Positions 40,939 through 51,281 of a DNA stretch of 64,000 nt are shown piece after piece. The notes beneath the pieces were generated by a model. That model was given only the letters and a program-made list of their open reading frames with translations, made no database searches and was not told where the DNA came from. How positions within the stretch are numbered: position 1 is the stretch's first letter; each line of letters opens with the position of its first letter. The stretch is from assembly GCA_963700635.1 (NCBI GenBank), contig CAVOYH010000004.1:320001-384000 (forward strand). Direction: 5' to 3'. This stretch comes from an uncultured Bacteroidota bacterium (GTDB taxonomy: Bacteria; Bacteroidota; Ignavibacteria; UBA10030; UBA6906). Position numbers and translations under genes: made by a program.

Positions 40939-41889
40939 ATGGGGAAACTCATCCTCGTTGCGGTCGGCGGCAACGCGCTTATTCGGGGGGGACAGAAGGG
41001 GACCGCGCAAGAGCAGTTTGAAAACGCCGTCGAAACGGCGCGCGCGATCGTACGGCTTATCAAGTCCGGACATCGTGTGGTGCTTACCCACGGCAATGGG
41101 CCCCAGGTGGGGGCCATGCTGACGCGCGCGGAGCTTGCCGCCGCGCATGCCTACCGCCTCCCCCTTGATTGTTGCGTCGCCGCCACACAGGGTGAAATCG
41201 GATACGTGTTGCAGTATGCTATGTGGCAGGCGATGCAACAGGAAGGCCTGCGCGTGCCCGTCGTGTCACTGATCACGCAGGTGCTTGTGGATCGTGCCGA
41301 CCCCGCTTTCCAACGGCCCACCAAACCGATCGGTCCGTTTTACACTCAGGACGTGGCCGAGCGATACCGGGATCTGTTCGATTGGGTGATCGTTGAAGAC
41401 TCCTCACGGGGCTATCGCAGGGTGGTCTCTTCTCCCGAACCAAGAGAAATCATTGAACTGGAAGCCATCCAGGCCTGCGTTGACCGCGGACTGGTCGTGA
41501 TTGCAGGGGGCGGCGGGGGCATTCCGGTGTTTAATGATCATGACCTCTCAAAAGGCGTGGAGGCGGTGATTGATAAGGACCACACATCGGCGATTCTCGC
41601 ATCACAGCTGCATGCCGATCTCTTTCTCGTCGCCACGGACGTCGAAAAAGTGTGCCTGGACTATAAAAAACCTACCCAGCGCATGCTGGATACGGTGACC
41701 GTCAGCGAATGTTGCCGGCATCTTGATTCCGGCCAATTTCCGGCAGGAAGTATGGGGCCCAAGATACATGCAGCCATGGTCTTCCTCTCTCGCGGCGGGA
41801 AGGAAACGATTATCACAAATCATAAGCATATGTTTGACGCCGTGGATGGACGTGGTGGTACACACATCATTCCCGATCCTGACTCGTAG
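40939..41889 (+). CDS. arcC: carbamate kinase
   Basis: VAVGGNAL, THGNGPQVG, PTKPIGPFY, GYRRVV.SP.P, GGGGIPV, EAVIDKD, GSMGPKI. Confidence 0.96.
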   Translation: MGKLILVAVGGNALIRGGQKGTAQEQFENAVETARAIVRLIKSGHRVVLTHGNGPQVGAMLTRAELAAAHAYRLPLDCCVAATQGEIGYVLQYAMWQAMQQEGLRVPVVSLITQVLVDRADPAFQRPTKPIGPFYTQDVAERYRDLFDWVIVEDSSRGYRRVVSSPEPREIIELEAIQACVDRGLVVIAGGGGGIPVFNDHDLSKGVEAVIDKDHTSAILASQLHADLFLVATDVEKVCLDYKKPTQRMLDTVTVSECCRHLDSGQFPAGSMGPKIHAAMVFLSRGGKETIITNHKHMFDAVDGRGGTHIIPDPDS

Positions 41890-41984
41890 GATGATCTGTC
41901 GTGTTGAACACAACCCCCGGGTGGCAGAGGTGCATTTCGAAAATGAGAATTCAACAATCCAGTTTGCCTTGAGGAGATGGTGTT

Positions 41985-43322
41985 ATGCAAAAACGACGCA
42001 TTCTGATCATGGGTGCAGCGGGACGCGATTTCCACAATTTTAACACCGTGTATCGCGGCAACAAGAACTATGATGTGGTGGCCTTTACAGCCACACAGAT
42101 CCCGAATATTGATGGACGGAAGTATCCGGCGAAACTTGCGGGCAGGCTGTATCCGCGTGGAATTCCCATCTTCCCCGAAACTGACCTCGTACGCCTTATC
42201 AGGAAATACCGGGTTGAGGAGGTCGTCTTTGCGTACTCGGACGTCTCCTTTCAGACGGTCATGGAAAAAGCGTCGCTTGTCACGGCATCAGGCGCAGACT
42301 TCACACTGCTCGGTGCTGAACAGACCATGCTCAAATCGGTTGTGCCGGTGGTGGCGGTTGTGGCTGTGCGTACAGGGGCCGGAAAGAGCCAGACCTCACG
42401 GCGCGTCTGCAGCTATCTCCGCAGCCAGGGCAAGCGCGTGGTGGCCGTTCGCCATCCGATGCCGTACGGAGATCTGGTGAAGCAAAAAGTCCAACGTTTC
42501 GCCTCCATCCAAGACCTGAAGGAGCACAAGTGTACCGTCGAGGAGATGGAAGAGTACGAGCCCCACATTGTGGAAGGCACCGTCATCTACGCGGGTGTGG
42601 ACTATGAAGCGATTCTCCGCCAGGCGGAAAAGGAGGCCGATGTTATTGTGTGGGACGGCGGAAACAATGACACACCTTTTTATAAGCCCGACCTGACTAT
42701 CACGGTGGTGGATCCGCATCGTCCGGGACATGAACGGTCATACTACCCCGGCGCAACAAACGTACGGATTGCCGATGTCATCATCATCAACAAGGTGGAC
42801 TCGGCAACGCAGGAAGGGATTGATGCTGTGCTGGAGAGTGTCCGCGAGATGAACCCCCGCGCGACGATCGTGCAGGCTGCATCGCCGATTATCGTGGAAA
42901 ACCCGGCGATCATCAAAGGGAACCGGGTGCTCGTCATCGAGGACGGGCCTACCTTGACGCACGGCGATATGCAGTACGGGGCCGGGACGATCGCGGCGAA
43001 GCAGTTTGGCGCACGTGAAATCATTGATCCCCGCCCGTATGCTGTCGGGAGTATTGCCGATACGTACAAAAAGTATCCCGCAACGGGAAGGTTGCTTCCG
43101 GCAATGGGCTACGGGGCGGCTCAAATGGGGGATCTCGAAATGACCATTCGCCAGGTGCCGTGCGACGCGGTGGTGATAGGCACACCGATCGACCTGCGGC
43201 GGGTGATTACTATTGATAAACCTTCGGTCCGCGTGACCTATTCTCTCGAAGAAAGGACGCAACCCGGATTGCCTGAGCTACTGCAAGGGGTTTTGAAAAG
43301 GAAACGTGCCCGGAAGGCATGA
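41985..43322 (+). CDS. arcE: arginine synthetase ArcE-like P-loop enzyme (usually annotated as cyclic 2,3-diphosphoglycerate synthase/GTPase)
   Basis: GAAGRDFHNFN, VAFTATQIP, RTGAGKS P-loop, RHPMPYG, EEYEPH, WDGGNND, EDGPTLTHG, LPAMGY. Operonic with OTCase and carbamate kinase. Confidence 0.8.
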   Translation: MQKRRILIMGAAGRDFHNFNTVYRGNKNYDVVAFTATQIPNIDGRKYPAKLAGRLYPRGIPIFPETDLVRLIRKYRVEEVVFAYSDVSFQTVMEKASLVTASGADFTLLGAEQTMLKSVVPVVAVVAVRTGAGKSQTSRRVCSYLRSQGKRVVAVRHPMPYGDLVKQKVQRFASIQDLKEHKCTVEEMEEYEPHIVEGTVIYAGVDYEAILRQAEKEADVIVWDGGNNDTPFYKPDLTITVVDPHRPGHERSYYPGATNVRIADVIIINKVDSATQEGIDAVLESVREMNPRATIVQAASPIIVENPAIIKGNRVLVIEDGPTLTHGDMQYGAGTIAAKQFGAREIIDPRPYAVGSIADTYKKYPATGRLLPAMGYGAAQMGDLEMTIRQVPCDAVVIGTPIDLRRVITIDKPSVRVTYSLEERTQPGLPELLQGVLKRKRARKA

Positions 43323-43351
43323 TTGTAGAGATTAGGCAAATTCCGTATATT
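43323..43351 (+). promoter_or_regulatory. promoter of guaA (likely leaderless)
   Basis: TTGTAG-17 nt-TATATT, 5 nt before the ATG at 43357, no SD. Confidence 0.5.
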
Positions 43352-43356
43352 CCCCC

Positions 43357-44910
43357 ATGACCCACCCGGAACTTGTCCTTATCCTGGATTACGGATCCCA
43401 GACTTCGCAGTTGATCGCCCGCCGCGTCCGGGAATTGGGCGTCTATTCAGAGCTCCATCCCTTTAATCTGCCGGTTGAGCGGATCAGGGAGCTTCAACCC
43501 CGGGGGATCATCCTCTCCGGGAGTCCTTACAGCGCCTATGAAAACGGGTCGCCGATCTCTTCCCCCGAGATTTTTGAGCTCGGGATTCCCGTGCTGGGAA
43601 TCTGTTTCGGCCTCCAGCTTCTGGGATATCAACTCGGGGGAGAGGTAGACCGGGCCGCCCGCAGGGAATATGGACAGGCGACGCTGAGGATTGACGATCA
43701 AACCGATCTCTTTGCGGATCTCCCCGAGGAGACACGGCAGGGGATGACGGTCTGGATGAGTCACGGCGACCACCTGACCCGAATGCCCCCCGGGTTTGAA
43801 GCGATCGGCCACACCGACAATGCCCCGATCTGTGCAATCCGGAATCCCGACAAACGAATATTTGGTGTACAGTTCCACCCCGAAGTTGTACACACACCCC
43901 ACGGAAAGCTGGTCCTCCGGAACTTCCTCTATGGAGTCTGTGGTTGTGTTGGTGGGTGGAGCCCGTCATCGTTCATCCAGAGTACAATCGGAGAGCTCCG
44001 TGAACGGGTAGGGAATGGCAAGGTTGTCTGCGCCCTCTCGGGCGGGGTTGATTCCTCGGTTGCCGCGGTCCTCCTCCACAAAGCTATCGGCGATCAGCTG
44101 CACTGTGTGCACATTAACAACGGACTCATGCGGCTTGGTGAATCGGAGAATGTGGTGCGCACATTCCGGGATGCGTACGCCATTCCGCTCGACTTCGTCG
44201 ATGCAACAGACCGGTTTCTGACAAAGCTGCGGGGCGTTACAAATCCGGAGCGCAAGCGGAAGATCATCGGCAAACTCTTTATTGACATCTTTGAAGAAGA
44301 AGCAAAAAAATACGGACGGGTAGATTTTCTTGCGCAGGGGACGCTCTACCCTGATGTGATCGAGTCGACGTCGTTCCGGGGTCCGTCAGTGACAATCAAG
44401 ACCCATCACAATGTCGGCGGACTCCCGAAGCGGATGAAATTGAAACTGATCGAGCCGTTCCGCGAGTTATTCAAAGACGAAGTACGCGCCGTCGGGCTTG
44501 AGTTAGGGTTGCCTGATGATCTGATCTGGCGCCATCCTTTTCCGGGGCCGGGTCTGGCCGTGCGCGTGCTCGGAGGGATTACCGTCGGGCGCCTGGACCT
44601 CCTGCGCCGGGCAGACGCAATCTTTGTGGATGAAATCAAAAAGGCAGGACTCTACCGGGAAATCTGGCAGGGGTTTGTGGTACTTCTGCCCGTAAAATCG
44701 GTGGGTGTCATGGGAGACGGGCGCACCTATGAAAACGCCGTCGCGATCCGTGCGGTGAGCAGTGTGGACGGGATGACCGCAGATTGGTCACGCATCCCTC
44801 ATGAAGTCCTGGCGGCCATATCGTCGCGCATCACCAATGAGATTCGCGGAATAAATCGTGTGGTGTACGATATCAGCTCGAAACCTCCATCAACCATCGA
44901 ATGGGAATAG
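43357..44910 (+). CDS. guaA: GMP synthase (glutamine-hydrolysing)
   Basis: [58 protein letters not shown]. Confidence 0.98.
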   Translation: MTHPELVLILDYGSQTSQLIARRVRELGVYSELHPFNLPVERIRELQPRGIILSGSPYSAYENGSPISSPEIFELGIPVLGICFGLQLLGYQLGGEVDRAARREYGQATLRIDDQTDLFADLPEETRQGMTVWMSHGDHLTRMPPGFEAIGHTDNAPICAIRNPDKRIFGVQFHPEVVHTPHGKLVLRNFLYGVCGCVGGWSPSSFIQSTIGELRERVGNGKVVCALSGGVDSSVAAVLLHKAIGDQLHCVHINNGLMRLGESENVVRTFRDAYAIPLDFVDATDRFLTKLRGVTNPERKRKIIGKLFIDIFEEEAKKYGRVDFLAQGTLYPDVIESTSFRGPSVTIKTHHNVGGLPKRMKLKLIEPFRELFKDEVRAVGLELGLPDDLIWRHPFPGPGLAVRVLGGITVGRLDLLRRADAIFVDEIKKAGLYREIWQGFVVLLPVKSVGVMGDGRTYENAVAIRAVSSVDGMTADWSRIPHEVLAAISSRITNEIRGINRVVYDISSKPPSTIEWE

Positions 44911-44959
44911 CCTGTGCCCCCCGGGCGCAGACCGCAGACCACTCCAAATCGGACCCACC

Positions 44960-45790
44960 GTGAAAAAGTATTTTTCTTTCGTCAAGATTGAGCACACGCT
45001 CTTTTCCCTGCCGCTGGTGTATGCCGGGGTGTTCCTCGCTTCCCGCGGTGTCTTCCCAGGGTGGAAACCCGTTCTTCTCGTGCTTGCGGCCGCGACAGGC
45101 GCCCGGACCGTCGCTTTTGCACTCAACAGGATTATCGACCGTCGGATCGACGCGCGGAATCCCCGGACGGCATCGCGCGACCTGCCGACCGGGCGGATGA
45201 CGGTTGGAGAAGGAATCGGCGTCCTGTCAGCCGGCCTCGGTCTGTACTTCGGTTCGGCCTATGTGCTGTCGTTCTTCTGTTTCGTGATGTCTCCGATACC
45301 GCTTGTCGTGTTCCTCGTGTATCCGATGATGAAGCGGTTCACGCCGCTTGCCCATTTCGGCGTCGGATTGGGTTTGGCTATGGGACCACTGGGTGGATGG
45401 TTCGCCATTTCGCCCTCCTTCGAGGGACTTCTGACGCCGGCGCTCCTCTCCCTGTACACATTGTTATGGGTTGCCGGTTTTGACATTATCTATTCCACTC
45501 TGGACGAAGCCTTCGATCGAAAAGAATCACTGTTTTCTTTTCCGTCGCGGTTCGGCCGTGAACGCGCCCTCCGGTACTCCGGCTATCTTCACCTGGCGGC
45601 ATTTACCGTGCTCGTGGCCCTGTATTTGCAATCCGTCCTCTCGCTGATGGCACTCCCGCTTCTATTCCTTACGGGATTTCTTCTGTATCTCGAACAGAAA
45701 AAAGCCGACGACGTAGAGCTTGCATTTTTCAAGATCAACACCGTGGCAGGGTTTTCGGTGCTCACGATGATCGTTGTGGGAGTCTGGTGA
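44960..45790 (+). CDS. mqnP: UbiA-family prenyltransferase of the futalosine pathway (MqnP-like)
   Basis: VKIEHTLFSLP, NRIIDRRIDARNPRTA.R, Y..MKRFT...H, WVAGFDIIY. Sits in the mqn cluster. Confidence 0.85.
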   Translation: MKKYFSFVKIEHTLFSLPLVYAGVFLASRGVFPGWKPVLLVLAAATGARTVAFALNRIIDRRIDARNPRTASRDLPTGRMTVGEGIGVLSAGLGLYFGSAYVLSFFCFVMSPIPLVVFLVYPMMKRFTPLAHFGVGLGLAMGPLGGWFAISPSFEGLLTPALLSLYTLLWVAGFDIIYSTLDEAFDRKESLFSFPSRFGRERALRYSGYLHLAAFTVLVALYLQSVLSLMALPLLFLTGFLLYLEQKKADDVELAFFKINTVAGFSVLTMIVVGVW

Positions 45791-46341
45791 TGAAAATTGT
45801 CGTCGGCATTACAGGGTCCTCCGGTGCGGTCTACGCGCTTGACTTCCTGAAAAAGTGTCCGGCCTCGAAGTACCTTGTTGTCAGCAAATGGGGAAAAGTA
45901 CTTCTGCGGGACGAACTGAAGATGAGCGAAAAAGACCTTGCCCCGTTTGTCGCTCGTTCCTTTTCTGATGACGACCTTACTGCGCCGCCGGCCTCCGGCT
46001 CCAATCAGTTTGACGCGTTTGTTATTCTTCCCGCTTCGACATCGACAATCGGGAAGATAGCCTCAGGCATCGGCGATACCCTCATCACGCGCACCGCTCA
46101 GGTCTGTCTCAAAGAACGGTATCCTCTCGTTATCTGTGTTCGCGAAACGCCACTCTCGACGCTGACTCTGGAGCAGTGTGCCCGCCTCTCCGGATACGGT
46201 GCGACGATTATGCCGATCTCCCCTCCGCTGTACTTTGTCCCGGATTCGGTTGAATCATATGTCGGCGCGTACACGAATAAGGTGCTGGGAGTGCTCGGCG
46301 TCAAAACCGGTCCCGGATGGCGGGAGGAGGAGTTCACGTGA
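45790..46341 (+). CDS. ubiX: flavin prenyltransferase UbiX
   Basis: VGITGSSG, ASGS, KIASGI.D.LITR.A.V.LKER..L...RETPL. Confidence 0.93.
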   Translation: MKIVVGITGSSGAVYALDFLKKCPASKYLVVSKWGKVLLRDELKMSEKDLAPFVARSFSDDDLTAPPASGSNQFDAFVILPASTSTIGKIASGIGDTLITRTAQVCLKERYPLVICVRETPLSTLTLEQCARLSGYGATIMPISPPLYFVPDSVESYVGAYTNKVLGVLGVKTGPGWREEEFT

Positions 46342-48125
46342 AGCCGGCCGAGTTCAGGACCATCGGCGACTTCGCCCGTTATCTCGAAAGCGTGGGGGAA
46401 CTCCGCCGCGTACAGGAAGAGGTGGATCCCTATCTGGAAATCACCGAAATTGCAAGCCGGGCCATCAAGGAACACCGCCCGGCGCTGCTGTTTGAGCGGG
46501 TCAAAGGATCGCCGTACCCGGTACTCGTGAATGCCATGGCCAGCGATCTGCGGTGTGAGCTCGCCCTGCAAAAACACCCCGAGCAACTCGGAGAGGAACT
46601 CATCACGTTTCTTGGCGATGTGCTTCCGCCCAGGCCCTCCTCAGTGTGGAAGCACCGGCGGCTTGCGCGGAGGTTTCTCTCCGCACCGGTAAAACGTGTC
46701 CGGTCAGGATCGGCCCAGCAGATTGTGGAACCACCAGACCTCGATCAACTTCCCATCCTGACCTGCTGGCCCGAGGACGGTGGCCGGTTTCTGACACTCC
46801 CGCAGGTGATTACGTACGATCCGCTGACCGGCAAACGAAACATGGGCATGTACCGGATGCATGTATTTGACAAGGTCACCACCGGCATGCACTGGCAGAT
46901 TCAAAAAGGGGGCGGGTTCCACTACCACCAGGCGGAAAAAATGGGTCAGGACCTGGAACTTGCAGTGGCCATCGGGACAGACCCTGCATTGCTTATGGCC
47001 ACGATTGCCGCACTTCCGGAGAACATTGACGAAGCGATGTTTGCAGGGTTCCTCAGGGGCAAGCGGACGGAATTTACACGCGGGGTCAGCATCGGCATAG
47101 ATGTCCCTGCCCATGCGGAGTTTGTCCTCGAGGGTATTGTCCATCACGGTGAACGCAGGATGGAAGGTCCGTTCGGCGATCACTTCGGCCACTATTCCCA
47201 TGCGGCGGAGTTTCCGGTGTACCATCTGTCGCGGATCACGAGGAAACGGAACCCTATCTATCCGGCGACGGTGGTCGGCATTCCTCCGATGGAAGATAAG
47301 TATCTGGGCGATGCAACGCAGCTCATCCTCGGCCCTCTTGCCCGCCTGATTCATTCCGAAATCACCGGGATGTGGGCCTACTACGAGGCTGGATTCCACA
47401 ACCTTCTGGTCGTCGCTGTTGATCAGCGGTACGGCAAGGAGGCCATGAAAACTGCGCTGGGACTCATGGGGATGTCGCAGCTGTCGCTCACCAAAACTCT
47501 CGTACTCGTAAGTGAAGGGGTGAATGTACGGAACTTCGACGAAGTGATGAGGGAAGTCCGGGACCACTTCGATCCCCATCATGATTTTGTTCTTATTCCG
47601 AAGGTGCCCCTCGACACACTCGACTTCACCAGCTTCACGATGAATCTCGGCAGCAAGATGATACTGGATGCGACCCGAAAAAGCCGTCCCGCAGGAGAGC
47701 TAACACGTATCCAGCGGCTGCCGAACCAAAAAACAGTGCTGGCGGTGCGGAATGAAGATCCGGCAATTGTTGATGTCCGTTTTGTGCACGAAACACTCCT
47801 GCTCGTGAAAGTTCGCGGGGAAGGAAGACGGGTTGTCGAAAAGCTCATCCAGCACCCGGCGCTCGCCGGCGTGGCGGTGATCGCCGCTGTGAGTGAGGAT
47901 GTGGATCTGCAGGATCGTGAACAGTACATCTGGGGACTCTTTACCCGTTTTGATTGCGAACGGGACGTTCTTTTTACGCACCGGGAACTTATCGGGATCA
48001 GTCCGGTGTACAAAGGTGTTATGGGTATTGATGCCACCTGGAAGCCCGGCTATCCGGGAGTGCTCAAAATGACGGAGGAAGTGCGCAGGCGGGTGGAATC
48101 AAAATGGGAGAGGTTGTGGAAGTGA
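46338..48125 (+). CDS. ubiD: UbiD-family prFMN decarboxylase (menaquinone biosynthesis, MqnL-like)
   Basis: EVDP.LEITEI, WPEDGGRF, N.GMYR, MHWQ, EGPFGDHFG.Y, P.MED. Two C-terminal IDAT/LDAT-type repeats. Confidence 0.9.
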   Translation: MKPAEFRTIGDFARYLESVGELRRVQEEVDPYLEITEIASRAIKEHRPALLFERVKGSPYPVLVNAMASDLRCELALQKHPEQLGEELITFLGDVLPPRPSSVWKHRRLARRFLSAPVKRVRSGSAQQIVEPPDLDQLPILTCWPEDGGRFLTLPQVITYDPLTGKRNMGMYRMHVFDKVTTGMHWQIQKGGGFHYHQAEKMGQDLELAVAIGTDPALLMATIAALPENIDEAMFAGFLRGKRTEFTRGVSIGIDVPAHAEFVLEGIVHHGERRMEGPFGDHFGHYSHAAEFPVYHLSRITRKRNPIYPATVVGIPPMEDKYLGDATQLILGPLARLIHSEITGMWAYYEAGFHNLLVVAVDQRYGKEAMKTALGLMGMSQLSLTKTLVLVSEGVNVRNFDEVMREVRDHFDPHHDFVLIPKVPLDTLDFTSFTMNLGSKMILDATRKSRPAGELTRIQRLPNQKTVLAVRNEDPAIVDVRFVHETLLLVKVRGEGRRVVEKLIQHPALAGVAVIAAVSEDVDLQDREQYIWGLFTRFDCERDVLFTHRELIGISPVYKGVMGIDATWKPGYPGVLKMTEEVRRRVESKWERLWK

Positions 48126-48204
48126 GGAACACACGAGGGATACAGACGGTAGACGCCCAAAAGGAGGGCTGAACACGTATTGAAGGGCATAGACGACTGC
48201 AGAC

Positions 48205-50058
48205 ATGAACATAACGTTTAGAGATAAATCGCTCAAACCTGTGTGGGCCAAAGTGGAGCGGGGTGAACGGCTGACTCTTGAGGACGGCCTCATCTTATAC
48301 CACACGCAGGACATCATTGCGCTCGGCAAGATGGCACACGCAGTTCAACGGGCTCGCAACGGCGACGCAGTGTATTTTGTTATCAACCAGAAAATTGAAC
48401 ACACGAACGTCTGCGTGCTCTCCTGCAAATTCTGTGATTTTGCAGTGAAGAAGGGCTCAGCCCGGGCCTACGAAATGACCGCACAGGATGTTCTTGACCG
48501 GTTGACACCCGACGTCAAAGAAGTGCATATCACGGGTGGCATGCCGGCTGACTGGCCCTGGGAACGATATCTGGATATTGTCGAGTCGATTCACCGCCAC
48601 CTTCCGGATGCCGATGTGAAGGCCTTTACCGCGGTCGAGATCGATTTCTTCCATAAGAAGTTCAAATTGTCAATTGAAGAAGTCCTCCGCCAGCTTAAGG
48701 CTGCCGGCGTTCGCACTATGCCGGGAGGTGGTGCGGAGGTGTTTTCCGAGCGGGTACGAAAACAGCTCTTCAACCAGAAAATCGGAGCAAAGGGCTGGCT
48801 CGAAGTGCACAAGACCGCACACCGTCTTGGCATCCCGACGAACAGCACCATGCTCTACGGGCACATCGAGACACTCGGAGAGCGGCTCGTGCACATGATC
48901 AAACTCCGGGAAGCACAGGACGAAACCGGTGGTTTCCTGACGTTCATTCCTCTTGCATTCCAGCCGGGTGAAACGGGAATCAAACCGGCAAATCGGTACA
49001 CATCGGCAATTGACGACCTGAAGACCATTGCGATCTCACGGTTGATGCTGGACAACTTCCCCCATATCAAAGCATACTGGGTCATGTTGACGGAGGAAGT
49101 TGCAAGCGTCGCCCTCAACTTTGGCGCGGACGACATGGATGGCACGGTCGGTGGTGAAAAAATTGCCCATGATGCCGGTGCGCTGAGTCCGATGGCACTC
49201 AAAAAAGACCAGATCATCCGTATCATCCGCGATGCCGGCAAGATTCCGGTTGAACGGGATGTCTATTATAATCCACTCCGGATACACACCGACCATGTGA
49301 TAGGCAAAATCCCCTACCTTAATTCCATTGCCTTTCATGCGTACCTCAATCTCCCCGGCTACAAGATCCTTCCGGTAATCCCCCGGAGGATGGGCCTGCT
49401 CAGCGAACAGGGGATGATTGATGGCGGGCTCTTTTCGGTTATGGACTATGTCCGGCAGGCGGATCACCTTGAAATGCTGGGCTACGGGCTCGCATCGCGT
49501 GACCAGGTGAAGAGCGTCATGCTCTTTTCAAAAGAAGGATGGCGTGATCTCGAGGGAAAGCGGATAGGGATCATCGACGATACCGCGACTTCCGTCCGAC
49601 TGTTGAGGGTTCTCCTGGAAAGACGGTACGGCGTTACGGCGCACTTCGAACGCCTGCACACCGGCGTCAATGACCATACCGGTCTGGATGCTGTGCTGCT
49701 TATCGGCGACGAAGCGCTGCGGCATCAGAAGACGGGCCTTGCTGGTTTTGATCTTGTGTACGACCTTGCCCGGGAATGGTACGAATGGCAGAAACTTCCG
49801 TTTGTGTTTGCCGTATGGGCAGTAAAGCGGTCGTTGCCCGCGGAAACAAAGAACCAGCTCCGTGAAGCTTTGACCCTCTCGCTGGAAAAGAGCAGTGAGG
49901 ACTATTGGGCCATCGCCGGTGCACACGGGCGCCGGTTGGGCCTCTCGGAACTGGAGACGGTCGACTATCTCACAGGTTTTAACTATACGCTCGGCGAACG
50001 TGAACGGGAGGCAATCGGGAAGTTTGCGGACATGGTGGAAGAACTGGAAAAAGCCTGA
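48205..50058 (+). CDS. mqnE: fusion of aminofutalosine synthase MqnE (radical SAM) and chorismate dehydratase MqnA
   Basis: N-terminal ~360 aa: CVLSCKFC, PGGGAEVF, TMLYGHIET, FIPLAF, HIKAYW, FGADDMDGT. C-terminal ~255 aa: GKIPYLN, V.SV.LFS, TATSV.L, LLIGDEAL, DLA.EW...LPFVFAVW. Confidence 0.88.
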   Translation: MNITFRDKSLKPVWAKVERGERLTLEDGLILYHTQDIIALGKMAHAVQRARNGDAVYFVINQKIEHTNVCVLSCKFCDFAVKKGSARAYEMTAQDVLDRLTPDVKEVHITGGMPADWPWERYLDIVESIHRHLPDADVKAFTAVEIDFFHKKFKLSIEEVLRQLKAAGVRTMPGGGAEVFSERVRKQLFNQKIGAKGWLEVHKTAHRLGIPTNSTMLYGHIETLGERLVHMIKLREAQDETGGFLTFIPLAFQPGETGIKPANRYTSAIDDLKTIAISRLMLDNFPHIKAYWVMLTEEVASVALNFGADDMDGTVGGEKIAHDAGALSPMALKKDQIIRIIRDAGKIPVERDVYYNPLRIHTDHVIGKIPYLNSIAFHAYLNLPGYKILPVIPRRMGLLSEQGMIDGGLFSVMDYVRQADHLEMLGYGLASRDQVKSVMLFSKEGWRDLEGKRIGIIDDTATSVRLLRVLLERRYGVTAHFERLHTGVNDHTGLDAVLLIGDEALRHQKTGLAGFDLVYDLAREWYEWQKLPFVFAVWAVKRSLPAETKNQLREALTLSLEKSSEDYWAIAGAHGRRLGLSELETVDYLTGFNYTLGEREREAIGKFADMVEELEKA

Positions 50059-50064
50059 GAGAAT

Positions 50065-51204
50065 GTGGCCGATGGACAGGACAAGAACAACGCGCAGAGA
50101 GCGAGAATGAATCTGGAGAGTGTCTACGGCAAGATACGTGCCGGTCATCGGATCACGCAGGAAGAAGGTCTGGCAATTCTGCGGGGAGCGGAGCTTCTGG
50201 ATCTTGCGGAAGTCGGGAACGAGGTTCGTTTTCGTATAAATCCGGATCCTCACGTAACCTTCGTGGTTGATACCAATCCGAACTATACCAATGTGTGTAC
50301 AATTGATTGTATCTTTTGCGCCTTCTACAGGCATCCCGGAGAAGAAGGGGAGTACACACATACCGTCGACCATCTCATTACGAAATTCAAGGAGTCGGCG
50401 GCAAAAGGTGTCACCACTGTGCTGCTGCAAGGCGGGGTGAATCCGGACCTTCCCCTGACGTATTACCTGGAACTCGTGGAACGCACGGTGAAGGAAGTCC
50501 CCGGGATCCATCCACATTTTTTCTCCACCTCCGAGGTGCTGGGTATGGCGGATGTGTCGGGGCTCCCGGTGCCGGAAGTGCTGAAACAGCTCTGGGATGC
50601 AGGCCTCCGGACCCTTCCCGGGGGAGGCGCCGAGATTCTTTCGGACCGTGTAAAGAAGAAGATCAGCAGCCACAAGGGGACCAGCGCCGACTGGCTGAAT
50701 GTCATGCGTGAGGCACACCGGCTGGGATACAAGAGCACCGCGACGATGATGTATGGTCACCTGGAACGGGACGAGGATATTATCGAGCACCTTGAAGTTG
50801 TGCGGGCGTTGCAGGACGAATATCATGGGTTCACGGCATTTGTGCCGTGGAGTTTCAAGCCCGGGAATACTCCCCTTGAAAAAATTATCCCTCATTATGC
50901 CACCCCGACCCGATACCTGCAGATGATTGCCATGTCGCGGCTGTATCTTGATAACGTGCCGCACATACAGGCATCCTGGTTTTCAGAGGGAAAGAAGGCG
51001 GGGCAGATCGCCCTTCATTTTGGCGCGGATGATTTTGGCGGGACGTTGCAGGAGGAAAACGTGCACGCAGCGGCAAACTTCGTGAACACGACAAACACCG
51101 AAGAGTGTATTCAGATGATTCACGATGCGGGCTTTGTCGCGGCGCAGCGGAACACGCTGTATGAAGTGATAAAGCGTTATCCGCCGCCGGCGGAAGCTGC
51201 GTGA
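50065..51204 (+). CDS. mqnC: cyclic dehypoxanthine futalosine synthase (radical SAM)
   Basis: VTFVVD.NPNYTNVC...C.FCAFYR, LLQGG, PGGGAEIL, TATMMYGH, FVPWSF, HIQASW, GADDFGGT..EENV. Alternative start at the ATG at 50107. Confidence 0.92.
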   Translation: MADGQDKNNAQRARMNLESVYGKIRAGHRITQEEGLAILRGAELLDLAEVGNEVRFRINPDPHVTFVVDTNPNYTNVCTIDCIFCAFYRHPGEEGEYTHTVDHLITKFKESAAKGVTTVLLQGGVNPDLPLTYYLELVERTVKEVPGIHPHFFSTSEVLGMADVSGLPVPEVLKQLWDAGLRTLPGGGAEILSDRVKKKISSHKGTSADWLNVMREAHRLGYKSTATMMYGHLERDEDIIEHLEVVRALQDEYHGFTAFVPWSFKPGNTPLEKIIPHYATPTRYLQMIAMSRLYLDNVPHIQASWFSEGKKAGQIALHFGADDFGGTLQEENVHAAANFVNTTNTEECIQMIHDAGFVAAQRNTLYEVIKRYPPPAEAA

Positions 51205-51281
51205 GGTGTTTGCGGTAAGGAGTACATCCCTTGTATGATGTGTGGCACCGGCCCGGCGGGGGCTGGTGGCTTCCGATCGAC

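Noticed and set aside
49528-50964. 478-aa antisense ORF opposite mqnE-A/mqnC
   Set aside because: Shadow ORF of GC-rich, codon-biased genes with no recognisable motifs; the plus strand carries clear enzymes
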